A stretch of 64,000 nt of DNA, from positions 37,484-101,483 of the IMG/VR virus record IMGVR_UViG_3300014204_000006; one strand, given 5' to 3'. Source of the stretch: a virus. Lineage: Duplodnaviria > Caudoviricetes. Below are positions 1 through 10,398 of this stretch, piece by piece (position 1 is the stretch's first letter; each line of letters opens with the position of its first letter). The notes beneath the pieces are model-generated. The model was not told the DNA's origin. It saw only the letters and a list, made by a program, of their open reading frames with translations, and made no database searches. Both the position numbers and the translations under genes were made by a program.

Positions 1-739
1 AATTTATTTCCTCTGAATCTATTTTTATAGTAGATGTTTCTGGTACAACCGTTAGTACTTCACCATTGTTTTCATCTGTCTCCCATCCTCCATTGGTGGC
101 CTCCCATGTGCCTGAACCCATGACAATAGTCGGAGTATACCCTGTACTAGCGTAGAAGTAGAAATTATTGACAGTTACATTGTGGTCATTAGCATCAAAT
201 GTTCCATTTTCGTGGTCGAACCAGCCAGCCGTCATTAAATTATTTTGCAGTGTCCATGTGGCCGCTCCTCCATCCCAACCAAATCCCAAACCACAATAAA
301 GACTAGCACCAGCAATAGAGATAGTATATGAACCAGATAAAGATAGAAGAAGGAAGGCCACTTTAACTGCTCCGAAATGACCAAGTGTTAAACCTGCTTC
401 TAAAGAAATATTCCCATAAATAGACAATCTTCTATCATTATCTCCCGTATAATCTATTGAGTATGTATGGCCAGAATTGGAAGTAAAATTATTACATGCA
501 CCATCAGATAGTGTTATCGTCCCTCCACTGCCAAAACCTGAACTAGAATTTATAAAAACATCGTCAGATGAAGTAGGCAAAGATGCTCCACCTGAACCTC
601 CAGATGTTGCTGACCAATGGTTAGTATAATCAGACCAATTGCCTGAGCCCCCAACCCAGAATCTGTCTGATGATCCAGAACTAGGACTTATACTAGGACT
701 AACAGAAAAAGAAAAACTAGGTGATATTGAATATGCCAT
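1..739 (-). CDS. Virion surface/fibre-like protein with N-terminal Ser-Pro repeats (runs off the window edge)
   Basis: Not in ORF track. Manual translation from ATG at 739: MAYSISPSFSFSVSPSISPSSGSSDRFWVGGSGNWSDYTNHWSATSGGSGGASLPTSSDDVFI..., open to position 1. The WVGGSGNW...HWS..SGG..GAS.PT..DDV motif is typical of large beta-rich surface proteins. Confidence 0.75.
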   Translation of the reverse strand, partial: MAYSISPSFSFSVSPSISPSSGSSDRFWVGGSGNWSDYTNHWSATSGGSGGASLPTSSDDVFINSSSGFGSGGTITLSDGACNNFTSNSGHTYSIDYTGDNDRRLSIYGNISLEAGLTLGHFGAVKVAFLLLSLSGSYTISIAGASLYCGLGFGWDGGAATWTLQNNLMTAGWFDHENGTFDANDHNVTVNNFYFYASTGYTPTIVMGSGTWEATNGGWETDENNGEVLTVVPETSTIKIDSEEIN

Positions 740-745
740 TTTTTT

Positions 746-1735
746 CTATTTCGATGGTGATTTGCTTTTAGGAACGAAAAGATGATCGTTCTCCTTAAGC
801 TTTTTTAAATCTTCATCAGTCCATCCTTTGACCGGCCAGAATTTTTCTACTAACCAGCTTACGGGATATATCTGATGCTCCCATCTGTTATTAAAAAATA
901 AATCTTTTACTTTCTCTTTACATTTTGCTACTGCTCTTCCTGATTGATGATATGGGAATCCGAAGTCTCCTCCTTGAGTCCTGAACATATGAGCATACCA
1001 TGTTTTTTTATTGACTAATACTCGTCCCCCGGATAACCATGTTTTGCAGGCTACGGTTATTCCTTGCGATCCCCAGCTACCTAGATTTTCATCATCTATA
1101 TCCAATTCAAAATACTTATCCTTAGTCATCATAAAACATGATCCTTGAAGTGACATTGTTTCTGTTACTTCTCCTTTTCCTTCTGGTCGTCTATTAAACT
1201 CTCCAAAATATTGAAAATGAGGTTCTGCATCAAAGCAGTATGAATTACTTTGTGGCCTTTCTTTCCCTACCCACATCATCTTTCTTCTAATTTTATCTGT
1301 TTTTCCGCATTGTTCACATTTCAATGGAGTAGGACCTTGATATTTCTTCCATCCACAATGATAGCATTTCCAGTCATAACTCCATAGGTTTCTCATAGTT
1401 GGAACCATAGTCACATTATCCCCTTGTATTTCAAACTCTTCTAACATCTTCCTATCGAACCCTTGGTCAAAAGAACAATGAGCATCGACCTTCATTATAT
1501 ATTTAGCTTTAGAGAGATTTACACACATTTTTGTCATAGCCCTCTGGCCAATAGATTCTGGGACATAAATTATATTAACATCTTGATGCTGAATGATGGC
1601 CGGGTCGCTCCATTGTCCATCGAGCCCAACTATTATTTCAGTGTCAGATTCTTTCTTTTCTATAATATCTTGGATAGTGCGGGCTAAGAACATTTCATTT
1701 CTTGCCGGTATGCAAATCGATAATTTATATTTCAT
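746..1735 (-). CDS. Glycosyltransferase, GT-A fold (GT2 / polypeptide GalNAc-transferase-like)
   Basis: LSICIPARNE N-terminus, DAHC (DxH) motif, WGSQG..VACKTWLSGG...AHMFR motif; CxxC...CxxC insert. Confidence 0.85.
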   Translation of the reverse strand: MKYKLSICIPARNEMFLARTIQDIIEKKESDTEIIVGLDGQWSDPAIIQHQDVNIIYVPESIGQRAMTKMCVNLSKAKYIMKVDAHCSFDQGFDRKMLEEFEIQGDNVTMVPTMRNLWSYDWKCYHCGWKKYQGPTPLKCEQCGKTDKIRRKMMWVGKERPQSNSYCFDAEPHFQYFGEFNRRPEGKGEVTETMSLQGSCFMMTKDKYFELDIDDENLGSWGSQGITVACKTWLSGGRVLVNKKTWYAHMFRTQGGDFGFPYHQSGRAVAKCKEKVKDLFFNNRWEHQIYPVSWLVEKFWPVKGWTDEDLKKLKENDHLFVPKSKSPSK

Positions 1736-1965
1736 AATGTTTTTTCCGCTTGCTTTCTAGAAAAAGCTGCATCTTTAATATTTAAAAATCTACCTAAACT
1801 TAATTTTTTACCCATTACCATCATTTTTTTTTTTGATATTTTAGTGGTAACAGACCTTACGGCATATCCCATATCGTTGATATTCCATTTCCACTGACTT
1901 AAATGTAGATAGTCATCGTCATCTACTAAGGCAAATTTCCCTTTTGTTAAAGGTATTTTTTTCAT
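1732..1965 (-). pseudogene. HNH-AP2 homing endonuclease remnant (HNH core deleted)
   Basis: MKKIPLTKGKFALVDDDDY..LSQWKW N-terminus joined directly to an AP2-like LGRF..IKDAA..RKQAE C-terminus, 77 aa. Confidence 0.65.
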
Positions 1966-1977
1966 ATTATTTTATAA

Positions 1978-2667
1978 TTATTTAATATTAAACATGGTTT
2001 TTAAATCCCATTCAGTTATTATACCTAAGTGCCCTTCTTTCCAACTCTCTTCGCTCGGTTTATGCTTAAATTTATTTATATCACACTTTCTAGGACTTAA
2101 TGTCCCTTTATGCCGGATATCCACGTTAGGACGTTCTGACGACCAGTCTACACAAAAATCGTCCGTTATGCCCCCTCTGCGCCTCCTTTTAGTCCCGGGT
2201 TCAAATCCAAATTTTAACTGCCACCCGTCTTTTTCTATCCTCTGTATCCTTTTTTTATAGTGCGCTATGGCGAACTCCCTCCCACAGCACATCCCGGATA
2301 ATGATCTAAGGACGTCATAAGTTATCAACCTGTCATGAGGATAATCCCATTTCCATACATTAGTATTATAGTAAAAAGTATTCAAATTTTTAGGGGTAAA
2401 ATCAAAGTGAGAAGATGAATACACCACATCATGTTCCAGAAAAAAAACAAAATCAGCACTAGAATTTTCAAGTGCTGTCAATATTTGCTTTAAATAAGTC
2501 AATATTCCTGGCTCTATATCCAAAACAATGTTTTTACCAAAAGATATTGGTTTTAATGAGGCAGATATTATTTCTCCTTCAAACCCTTTTTTGATCTGAT
2601 CCTGACATATTTTCATCATGTCAGGATCTAATCTATTGTCCGTATAGTATATTGCGCCAATATTCAT
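1978..2667 (-). CDS. Glycosyltransferase-like protein (GT-A), paralogue of 4661 and 6610
   Basis: FFLEHDVVY..SHFDFTP motif shared with the paralogues. Confidence 0.6.
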   Translation of the reverse strand: MNIGAIYYTDNRLDPDMMKICQDQIKKGFEGEIISASLKPISFGKNIVLDIEPGILTYLKQILTALENSSADFVFFLEHDVVYSSSHFDFTPKNLNTFYYNTNVWKWDYPHDRLITYDVLRSLSGMCCGREFAIAHYKKRIQRIEKDGWQLKFGFEPGTKRRRRGGITDDFCVDWSSERPNVDIRHKGTLSPRKCDINKFKHKPSEESWKEGHLGIITEWDLKTMFNIK

Positions 2668-2671
2668 AGCA

Positions 2672-3283
2672 TTATTCCTTTATAAACATCCATGATCTAT
2701 ATTTATCTCTTTTCTCTCCCTCTTCAGATATTTTTGTACCTAATACAAAAAAGTTCTTTATCCTATATGCTCTCACAAAAGCATCTACGATAAAACGAAC
2801 ATGGCATGTTCCTACATTAGAGGTGGAAGTACTAAGAAAGTAATCATGCCCAGCCACAATTCCGCCTTTTTTAACCTTTTTTGTCCATTCCACGAGATCT
2901 TCAGCCACATATTTAAACCAATGATTACCATCAATATATACAAAATCGAGGCTTTCATCCTCAACCTCAGACAAGGCATCCATAGATGTTTTTCTAATTA
3001 TAGTGCAATTTGGATATGGTTTAAGCCTTTTTTCAGCATCCTTACAAATGAGATCCATTCCTTCTTGGCTCCTGAGATAATCCTTATAATACAACCACGG
3101 GTCTATAGCAAAAATTTTTAATCCTGATTTACAAAATTCTTCTGTGTATTCTCCATGGTCCACACCTATTTCAGCCCCAATTAATCTTCCTGTTTCTTTG
3201 AGGAACAAAGGCAAATCATTCCTATTACAATCAGGTATTTCTGCGGGGCACCCCTGCAACTTTATTCCATCTTCTAATTTCAT
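2672..3283 (-). CDS. Class I SAM methyltransferase (Methyltransf_24-like)
   Basis: AEIGVDHG, LDFVYIDGNH, GGIVAGHDY motifs. Confidence 0.85.
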   Translation of the reverse strand: MKLEDGIKLQGCPAEIPDCNRNDLPLFLKETGRLIGAEIGVDHGEYTEEFCKSGLKIFAIDPWLYYKDYLRSQEGMDLICKDAEKRLKPYPNCTIIRKTSMDALSEVEDESLDFVYIDGNHWFKYVAEDLVEWTKKVKKGGIVAGHDYFLSTSTSNVGTCHVRFIVDAFVRAYRIKNFFVLGTKISEEGEKRDKYRSWMFIKE

Positions 3284-3303
3284 TTTTTTATATTATTTAA
3301 TAA

Positions 3304-4074
3304 TTATTTTTCCCATTTATAGTCAGTCATTAATCTGCATCTCCTTGATCCTATAGCCTTATTTCTTATGTCTTTTAATGATAACACACTCCCATTTAAG
3401 AACCTTTTCTCAAGATCCTTGATAGAAACTCCGAAATTTGAACATTTAAAATCATCCTGGACCTGATTAGCCATATTATTTATAAAAATTGGCTCATCTA
3501 AGCAAATCATTAGTGGCCTATTAGGGCAATTATCATTCAACACTCCTTCTAAAAAATTAGGTGTTTTGAACTCATTGTCCTCTATTATAGGTAAAATGTC
3601 TTCAGTTCTGAAAATATGGGAAGTTACTGACATAGGGAAACCCCAATTTCTGATATGGTAGTTTCTATTAAATCTATATTGTTCCCATTCCCATTTATTG
3701 CCATCTAAGGTCGGTATATTCCCAAAACGATGATTAGGACCTATTCTGAGGCTCAAGCAAAGTATATTCTTGTTTTCATTAAACTCCTTAAATTCCTTAC
3801 AATTTTCATCAAAATTTCCTAAAGAGACATCATCATCAACTAAAAAAAGAGTATATTTGATACTCTCATCAATACATTCGATAAGCTGTTCTTTAAACAC
3901 TTTTTCACGGACAAAATTTACTTTTGGATACATTTGGACAATTTTATTATATCCATTTTCAAATCCATGATCTGCCTTATAAATAACCGTAGAACTAATA
4001 TTCAGTCCTCTGAGCAGCAATTCTAGTTGACAAGCCCTGTTTTTGCTGAAGATAATTGTTTGTATTTCTGACAT
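3304..4074 (-). CDS. Glycosyltransferase-like protein
   Basis: IIFSKNRACQL N-terminus, FLVDDD acidic motif; cluster context. Confidence 0.6.
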   Translation of the reverse strand: MSEIQTIIFSKNRACQLELLLRGLNISSTVIYKADHGFENGYNKIVQMYPKVNFVREKVFKEQLIECIDESIKYTLFLVDDDVSLGNFDENCKEFKEFNENKNILCLSLRIGPNHRFGNIPTLDGNKWEWEQYRFNRNYHIRNWGFPMSVTSHIFRTEDILPIIEDNEFKTPNFLEGVLNDNCPNRPLMICLDEPIFINNMANQVQDDFKCSNFGVSIKDLEKRFLNGSVLSLKDIRNKAIGSRRCRLMTDYKWEK

Positions 4075-4658
4075 TATTTTTTTGTTACTGAAATTTGGAA
4101 ATTAGGGTACATGTCATGGACAATATAATCTGTCCGCTTCCAGCAGAATTCAAAGCCATTATTCTCCAATAATTGTTTTAGATACTTAGGAGTATATCCC
4201 CACCAATGAGTCCGGCCCTCTCTAGCGTGATCGCAATAAATAAGCCTTAACGCCCATTCTATCTCTTCATTGGTTTCTGCACTGGTCAATATTTCAGCTT
4301 GCTTTTGCCTATCATCTACGTCTATTATTAGTTCTCCTCCGGTCTTTAATACCCTATGCCAGTCCTTTAAGGCATCTATGAATTCCTCTTTTTTCATGTG
4401 ATCGATAAGATTAACGCATAATATCCTATCTATAGAATTGTCATCGAATTCAAGCTTCCTGACATCCATAATGATATCAGTGACATTGTTGTCTTTATTC
4501 TGCCTAAAAGGGAATTTATAATAATTTTCAACAGTAGTTTTATTCCTTTCCACCATAGCTGGGTTATCTTTGGCTAATGAACCAGACAGATCAATGTTTA
4601 TCCAATTTTCCAGATAAACAGTTCCATTTCCCAAGTGTAATCTTTTCATTTTTGACAT
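4074..4658 (-). CDS. Class I SAM methyltransferase (type 11-like)
   Basis: RLHLGNG, WINID, WHRVLKTGG motifs. Confidence 0.8.
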   Translation of the reverse strand: MSKMKRLHLGNGTVYLENWINIDLSGSLAKDNPAMVERNKTTVENYYKFPFRQNKDNNVTDIIMDVRKLEFDDNSIDRILCVNLIDHMKKEEFIDALKDWHRVLKTGGELIIDVDDRQKQAEILTSAETNEEIEWALRLIYCDHAREGRTHWWGYTPKYLKQLLENNGFEFCWKRTDYIVHDMYPNFQISVTKK

Positions 4659-4660
4659 GA

Positions 4661-5296
4661 TTATTTTAAATAAAGTTTTTTAACTTCTTCAGCTGTGCCC
4701 CAATAAGGGAGCTCTCTAGTTACGATCTTCTGATTATATCCAGTTTTAAACCCTATTCCCTCTCTGGTCTTGAAATAAAGAACTGGATTTTTGCCTTCCC
4801 AACCATATTCATTCTTCTCATCAAATATAAACTTGAATGTTTCTGGCTCCCAACTGTTTGGATTTTCCAATATCTTTTCGATGCATTTTATCCAATGCTC
4901 CCTCCCACACATCTGAGCTCCTTCTACCCAATTCTTTTTCCAGAATTTATCCCTGCCATCAAAATGGACATATAAATTGGTATATCTATAAACCTTATCT
5001 TTAACTGGGGGTGTAAATGTAAAGTACTCTGGAGGGTAAAGAACGTCTGATTCAGCCGCTATGCAAAACTCTGTTTTTGCTTCCTTAAGCCCGATTAGGA
5101 TCTGCTTGAAAGAATTTGAATAGCATACCGGTTTTTCTCCAATACAGATATTTTTACCCATATTGATCGGTTTTCTAGTCACACTGATTATAGGGATATC
5201 CCTAGCCTGATTCTTAATATTATCTATTATCTTCTGCTCAAACTCAGAATTTTCAACATTTGCTGAGTAGTAAATTATGGTCTTATTATTTTCCAT
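4661..5296 (-). CDS. Glycosyltransferase-like protein
   Basis: AAESDVLYPPEYFTFTPP motif; ATG at 5296 preferred over the longer call. Confidence 0.6.
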   Translation of the reverse strand: MENNKTIIYYSANVENSEFEQKIIDNIKNQARDIPIISVTRKPINMGKNICIGEKPVCYSNSFKQILIGLKEAKTEFCIAAESDVLYPPEYFTFTPPVKDKVYRYTNLYVHFDGRDKFWKKNWVEGAQMCGREHWIKCIEKILENPNSWEPETFKFIFDEKNEYGWEGKNPVLYFKTREGIGFKTGYNQKIVTRELPYWGTAEEVKKLYLK

Positions 5297-6071
5297 CACA
5301 ATTAAAATTACATTTTTTACAAATAGGGATATCAAAATCTAAATTTTTATGTTTCTCCCTCATCCATTCATAACTATCCCAAATCTCCTTTAAAGTGTTT
5401 TTATTGACATCCCCCAAGATCATCTCTCCATCCCAGTCCATGCAACATGGGACAACTCTCCCATCCCATAAAATGGTCATATGTTGCAATAATGAGTAAC
5501 AAGGTTTTTTCCCTCCTATTTTAGCAATAGAGGATTTTTCTCCTCCTGCCCAATTCAGAAAAGGTCTCATCTTTCTTTTAGTTCCCCACATTTTTTTGAA
5601 TAACTCTGTTTCATGTTGATTATCTTCTGTTACTACCATAGATACTTTTACATTGAAAGGTGCTTTTTCTACCAGTTCTTTTATGTTTTTTAAACAAGTG
5701 TCATAATCCGGCCTTCTCATTACTTTATCATAAGTCTCTTTTGTGGCTCCATTGAAACTACAGTTGACATATCTTATATTTTTATATTTTATCAACCTAT
5801 CCACATCTAAAAATTCTCCATTAGTATATAATACTGTCTGGACACCCTCTTTTTCCATATAATCAAGCCATTTCCACATCCTAGAAAATACAAATGGCTC
5901 TCCATTTAAGAATGGAGAAAAGAAAGCTGCCTTCATTTCCTTTCCTTCCTTAATTATTTTGTGGAACAATTCATCGCTCATTTCTCCCATAGGACGTGTC
6001 ATTTTTTCTCTAGGACAGAATGTGCACCTAGAATTGCAGGAGGTACTGGACTCAAACTGAATTTTTGGCAT
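5286..6071 (-). CDS. Radical SAM / SPASM-domain protein
   Basis: CNSRCTFC (CxxxCxxC), NGEP, C-terminal WDGRVVPCC..D...G...C..C SPASM/twitch motif. Confidence 0.9.
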   Translation of the reverse strand: MPKIQFESSTSCNSRCTFCPREKMTRPMGEMSDELFHKIIKEGKEMKAAFFSPFLNGEPFVFSRMWKWLDYMEKEGVQTVLYTNGEFLDVDRLIKYKNIRYVNCSFNGATKETYDKVMRRPDYDTCLKNIKELVEKAPFNVKVSMVVTEDNQHETELFKKMWGTKRKMRPFLNWAGGEKSSIAKIGGKKPCYSLLQHMTILWDGRVVPCCMDWDGEMILGDVNKNTLKEIWDSYEWMREKHKNLDFDIPICKKCNFNCDGK

Positions 6072-6076
6072 ATTTT

Positions 6077-6604
6077 TTATATTTTATGGAATTTAGCATA
6101 CATTAATGTTCTAGTAGATTCTATTTTTCCCTCTAATTTAAACCCTTGTTTTTCCACCATATCTACCAATTCTTGCTCTGTCCAATCCTCGAATTGCAGT
6201 TCATCCTTCCATTTCTGCTTTGTAGGGACCGCTAGGTATAAAAACATAGATATTACCCTTCTAGCCTCTTTTACAGCCTCCTGAGGGAATTCCAGGTGTT
6301 CTAGAGTGTCTCCCATGAAGGCTGACTCAAAATGTTCATTGTCAAATGGAAGGTCGTATGCATCAGCCAATATAACGTTCACACCCTTTTCTCTAGCTAT
6401 TTTTACCCCATCTAGCTCATTGTCTATCCCTATTGCCCCTATTTTTGATGTTATGAGCCCATCTCCGGCTCCTATATCTAATACATTCTTTTCCTTTATC
6501 CAAGCCACGATTCTATCTACATGCGTTTTATATCTGGATTTTTCATCATACCATCTCCAATGATAATCACCGTTCCTCCTGTATTTGTTAAAGTCTTTTC
6601 CCAT
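6077..6604 (-). CDS. Class I SAM methyltransferase
   Basis: VLDIGAGDG, DAYDLPF, LEHL motifs. Confidence 0.85.
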   Translation of the reverse strand: MGKDFNKYRRNGDYHWRWYDEKSRYKTHVDRIVAWIKEKNVLDIGAGDGLITSKIGAIGIDNELDGVKIAREKGVNVILADAYDLPFDNEHFESAFMGDTLEHLEFPQEAVKEARRVISMFLYLAVPTKQKWKDELQFEDWTEQELVDMVEKQGFKLEGKIESTRTLMYAKFHKI

Positions 6605-6609
6605 AATTT

Positions 6610-7311
6610 TTATCTAAATTTTTTAACGAGTTCCTCTGATCTCCCCCAAAATGGTATCTCATATGCTCTCACAAATGACATTCTCTTCTTATGAGTCTGC
6701 TGTATAATCTCAGTCCCATAATCATGGCTAAACTGGACAATGGGAATAGTAGTCCAAAACTCTACCATCTTTCTCTCTTTTAATTTTAATATCTTATCCG
6801 TCCTAGTCTTCCCCAATTCTCCGGTATATTCCCCGGTTCCTTTAGGATATTTAGCGAATCTTTCTTCCAATGCCTCTATCATCAATTCTCTAGGGGCTAT
6901 CAGGGAAAAATTACCCACCCTGTGTCGCCATGAATATGTAGGTTCTCCGAAGGTATACAGCGACCACCTGGTCATATTATAAGCAAAGGTATCCATAGGC
7001 GGCCTAAAGTCTATGAAATGATCCTGGCAATAAAGAACATCATCCTCAGCAATGGCAACAAATGGAGTTTTGGCTAATTTTGCTCCTTTCAGCATTTGCC
7101 AATAAATGTTTGAAGAACTTTCCGGTTCCGTCTGAATAATATTGTAATGACCAAAGTCCATTGGTTCTTTAGATATAGTTATAATAGGGTAATCCCCCAC
7201 AGCATTATATAATATCTTTTTATGATACTCGGCCCACTGTTCAGGAACTTTGTTGACGGTCAAAAATAATACCGTCAAATCTCCTTTTTTACCTCTATTT
7301 TCTCTGCCCAT
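6610..7311 (-). CDS. Glycosyltransferase-like protein
   Basis: AIAEDDVLY..DHFIDFRPP motif, paralogous to 1978 and 4661. Confidence 0.6.
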   Translation of the reverse strand: MGRENRGKKGDLTVLFLTVNKVPEQWAEYHKKILYNAVGDYPIITISKEPMDFGHYNIIQTEPESSSNIYWQMLKGAKLAKTPFVAIAEDDVLYCQDHFIDFRPPMDTFAYNMTRWSLYTFGEPTYSWRHRVGNFSLIAPRELMIEALEERFAKYPKGTGEYTGELGKTRTDKILKLKERKMVEFWTTIPIVQFSHDYGTEIIQQTHKKRMSFVRAYEIPFWGRSEELVKKFR

Positions 7312-7312
7312 A

Positions 7313-7894
7313 TTATTTTTTGATTATTGCCCATCCATATCTTGGCAATTCTATAAAATTAATGTTATTTTTCTTGGAAAAGTGATTGACTGCCTTAATA
7401 ACTCCAAACTCTACTCCCAACCTATTGGTCCATTTGACATAGTCATCCCCGGCCAGGATACCGCCTGATTTTACTTTAGGATACCAGTCTTTTATGTCCT
7501 TTAAACACCCTTCGAAAGAATGATCACCGTCTATATAGACAAAATCAAAAAAATTATCATCAAACATTTTAACAGCATCAAAAGAATATTCTCTATAAAT
7601 CTCCACAAACCTAAATTTCATCATCTCTTCCACAAAATTATTATATTGATCATCCAATTGTTTCTGAGAATAGCCTATATCATTTCGGCAAATACTTTTA
7701 TCAGCATGCCAAGAATCTACCGCTACCGCTAAAAAGGGGGAATGTTCTATCATTTTTTTGAAGTTTTCACCTTTTCTAATGCCTATTTCACACACTGATT
7801 CACACCTATACTTTTCCATAAAAGGTCTCCATATCCTTCTCTTATTTACTATTTTGAGTTCTTTTAAGTCTTGTATAATTTTATTGGATTCCAT
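7313..7894 (-). CDS. Class I SAM methyltransferase (Methyltransf_24-like)
   Basis: CEIGIRKG, FDFVYIDGDH, WYPKVKSGGILAGDDY. Confidence 0.85.
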   Translation of the reverse strand: MESNKIIQDLKELKIVNKRRIWRPFMEKYRCESVCEIGIRKGENFKKMIEHSPFLAVAVDSWHADKSICRNDIGYSQKQLDDQYNNFVEEMMKFRFVEIYREYSFDAVKMFDDNFFDFVYIDGDHSFEGCLKDIKDWYPKVKSGGILAGDDYVKWTNRLGVEFGVIKAVNHFSKKNNINFIELPRYGWAIIKK

Positions 7895-8600
7895 GTAATT
7901 TAAATATATTTATTAATCTTTTAGACATAATAGGCATCTTAAGATTGCTTTTTCCATACATGAATATATCTAAAATCAGACTCCTATTCGGGTGGAAATG
8001 GACTACTTTTATTGGTTTAATAGCCTTTTCATAATTTGAAACCACATTTCTTTGACCAAAGTTATAAGTGACATTCATTCTAACTATCCTAGTATAGATT
8101 TCTTCATCGTTATCCGTGAGCATCATCATAGCTGTCTCATCTTCAATGTTGTTGAAAATATGAGGTTTAGTATATTCAAATATATCTTTGGCAGTGTCCT
8201 TGAAGAAATAACTTCCTAGACACCATCTTTCTCTCCAACCATAATCCGTCAAGCCCAAGTCCTTGCCCTTTAATATTCCCATTACATCATCAAATACATT
8301 CATTTGGAAAGCATCAATATCATGATTCCAATACCACTCGTTCTTTTCTATTAAACCGCCATCTATTAAAAATGGGATAATAGATGTCTTTATTGATCTA
8401 GGCCTACAGGCGCAAAAGTGCTCATCTCCCACAACGATAGATTTAACTCCATGATATTCATAATCAAAGTTTGTTACAAGGAGAATATCATATGGTTTCC
8501 ATCCAAGATCCAGACTGTTATCTATTTGAACTTTTATCAGTAATCCATACTCTTCGTTGAAGCATTTATCCTTACTGATATACACCATTAGGTTTTTCAT
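7881..8600 (-). CDS. Putative nucleotide-sugar transferase
   Basis: HDID (DxD) motif, C-terminal VVHFH; cluster context. Confidence 0.55.
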   Translation of the reverse strand: MKNLMVYISKDKCFNEEYGLLIKVQIDNSLDLGWKPYDILLVTNFDYEYHGVKSIVVGDEHFCACRPRSIKTSIIPFLIDGGLIEKNEWYWNHDIDAFQMNVFDDVMGILKGKDLGLTDYGWRERWCLGSYFFKDTAKDIFEYTKPHIFNNIEDETAMMMLTDNDEEIYTRIVRMNVTYNFGQRNVVSNYEKAIKPIKVVHFHPNRSLILDIFMYGKSNLKMPIMSKRLINIFKLHGIQ

Positions 8601-9502
8601 AGGGATATATAATTATTTTTTAAATATTCCTCAAGACACACTCTCCAATCTCTTATTAAATATGGATTCATATCTTTCAGTTCTTTGTTACTCATTTTTT
8701 CAGAATAAGGCCTATTAGCAAAATATTCTTTTTTAAAATATTTAGAGGAAACCACCTTTAATTTTACCTTCTTGCTCAAATCCAATAATTTCAATATTTC
8801 CTTTGCTACATCATATCTGGAACCACCCCCATCACAAGTGGCATTAACTGTTCCGTAGAAGTTATCATTCAATAAATAATGGATAACCTTAGCCAAATCA
8901 TAGGTATATGTAGGGGTACCCAACTTATCCTTAACTACACATAATTCCTTTGACCCATTAATAATCTGATCTATAATTTTTTTAACAAATTTTTTGTCCT
9001 TTTTATGTCCTCCTCCTATCATCCACCCGGCTCTTACAATGATATGTTTATGAACATCCATAACGGCTAAATCACCGGCATATTTAGATGAGGCATAAAT
9101 ATTGATAGGATTTGGGTAATCAAACTCATTATATTTCTCTTTTTTTCCATCAAAAATTCCCGCTGAAGAGATGTAAACAATCGGTATTTTATACTTTTTA
9201 GCCATTAGGCACATATTTTGAGTCCCCATGAAGTTTGTCTCATAAGCCTCTTCTATGTGTTTTTCACAATATTCTAGATCAGTAAGGGCTGCCAAGTGAA
9301 TTATAACATGAGGTTTTATATTTTCGCATGCGTGCTTTACCCATTTTAGGCTCCTCACATCTAAGTATTTAAGCCATTTCTCATTGACATCCATATCCGT
9401 AGCATAAACATTATATTTATCCTTTAATTCATGATAAACAGCTTCTCCCAACATACCTCCGCATCCGGTTATCAATATCCGTGTATTTTTGTTCATATTC
9501 AT
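8597..9502 (-). CDS. rmlD: dTDP-4-dehydrorhamnose reductase-like SDR
   Basis: ILITGCGGMLG, IIHLAALTD, P.NIYASSK (YxxxK), DKLGTPTY..DLA, RP.S motifs. Confidence 0.85.
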   Translation of the reverse strand: MNMNKNTRILITGCGGMLGEAVYHELKDKYNVYATDMDVNEKWLKYLDVRSLKWVKHACENIKPHVIIHLAALTDLEYCEKHIEEAYETNFMGTQNMCLMAKKYKIPIVYISSAGIFDGKKEKYNEFDYPNPINIYASSKYAGDLAVMDVHKHIIVRAGWMIGGGHKKDKKFVKKIIDQIINGSKELCVVKDKLGTPTYTYDLAKVIHYLLNDNFYGTVNATCDGGGSRYDVAKEILKLLDLSKKVKLKVVSSKYFKKEYFANRPYSEKMSNKELKDMNPYLIRDWRVCLEEYLKNNYISL

Positions 9503-9507
9503 AGTTT

Positions 9508-10323
9508 TTACCACTTGGCCCACTTGGGGAGAAGTTCGTTAGTATAATAATCTTCCCATACTTTAAGGGAATAAGTATATCCTTCGTTGCAATTAGCTCT
9601 ATTCTCCGGAGATCCTCCATTATGGGTCCTGGCAAAACTCCTATGTTTATGAGCAAACCAAGTTTTTTTGTTAACCATCAGTTTACCTCCATTTTTCCAT
9701 GTTTTCATACAAACCTCTACAGAATCCTGGATTAATGGCCCATAACCCTCTACCTGCAACTCTCCAATGTGTTCGTCCCACCATTTTCTAGGGATTATCC
9801 ACATGCTCCCTTGCATAGCCTGACTTTCTAAGATAGGAACATTTTCAAACTTTTTAGCTCTACTATCCCATCTCTGCCCGGAAAATTTTCGCACTCCCGG
9901 TTCTACGTTTTGGATCACCAATTTTTCGCAATCCACAGGATGGTGCAATTTTGTATCCATCACCTCCCATTTTATTGGGTCCAAGAAAAAACGCCTAGCA
10001 GTCATTATCTGGTTAGGCTCACAATCTTCAGTCAAAATTCGGTCATATCCCTGACCAAACATGCAGTGTTCATCTAACCTCATGAAGAACTCTCCCTTTG
10101 AAACAGCGATTCCTGCATTTATAGCCCCTCTCATACCCCTATTTTGACCCAGGTGCACTACTTTGACCCTGGGGTCTTGTATTATAGGCTTTTCCGGCCA
10201 ATACCCATCTAGAACGGGGATTATTTCTAATTGATCACCTAACTCTGACTTTTCCAACAAATCGTTTATCGTCTTATGCAACATTGGATCTTTGTAACTT
10301 GGTATTATTACACTTAATTTCAT
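9508..10323 (-). CDS. Glycosyltransferase, GT-A fold, paralogue of 746
   Basis: LSVIIPSY, DEHC motif, EVCMKTWKNGG..VNKKTWFAHKHR. Confidence 0.85.
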   Translation of the reverse strand: MKLSVIIPSYKDPMLHKTINDLLEKSELGDQLEIIPVLDGYWPEKPIIQDPRVKVVHLGQNRGMRGAINAGIAVSKGEFFMRLDEHCMFGQGYDRILTEDCEPNQIMTARRFFLDPIKWEVMDTKLHHPVDCEKLVIQNVEPGVRKFSGQRWDSRAKKFENVPILESQAMQGSMWIIPRKWWDEHIGELQVEGYGPLIQDSVEVCMKTWKNGGKLMVNKKTWFAHKHRSFARTHNGGSPENRANCNEGYTYSLKVWEDYYTNELLPKWAKW

Positions 10324-10398
10324 GTTATTTTTAATTTAATTATTTAATATTCTAGCCATCCTCCCAATTAATATTATAATAATAACACAGTTCCTACA

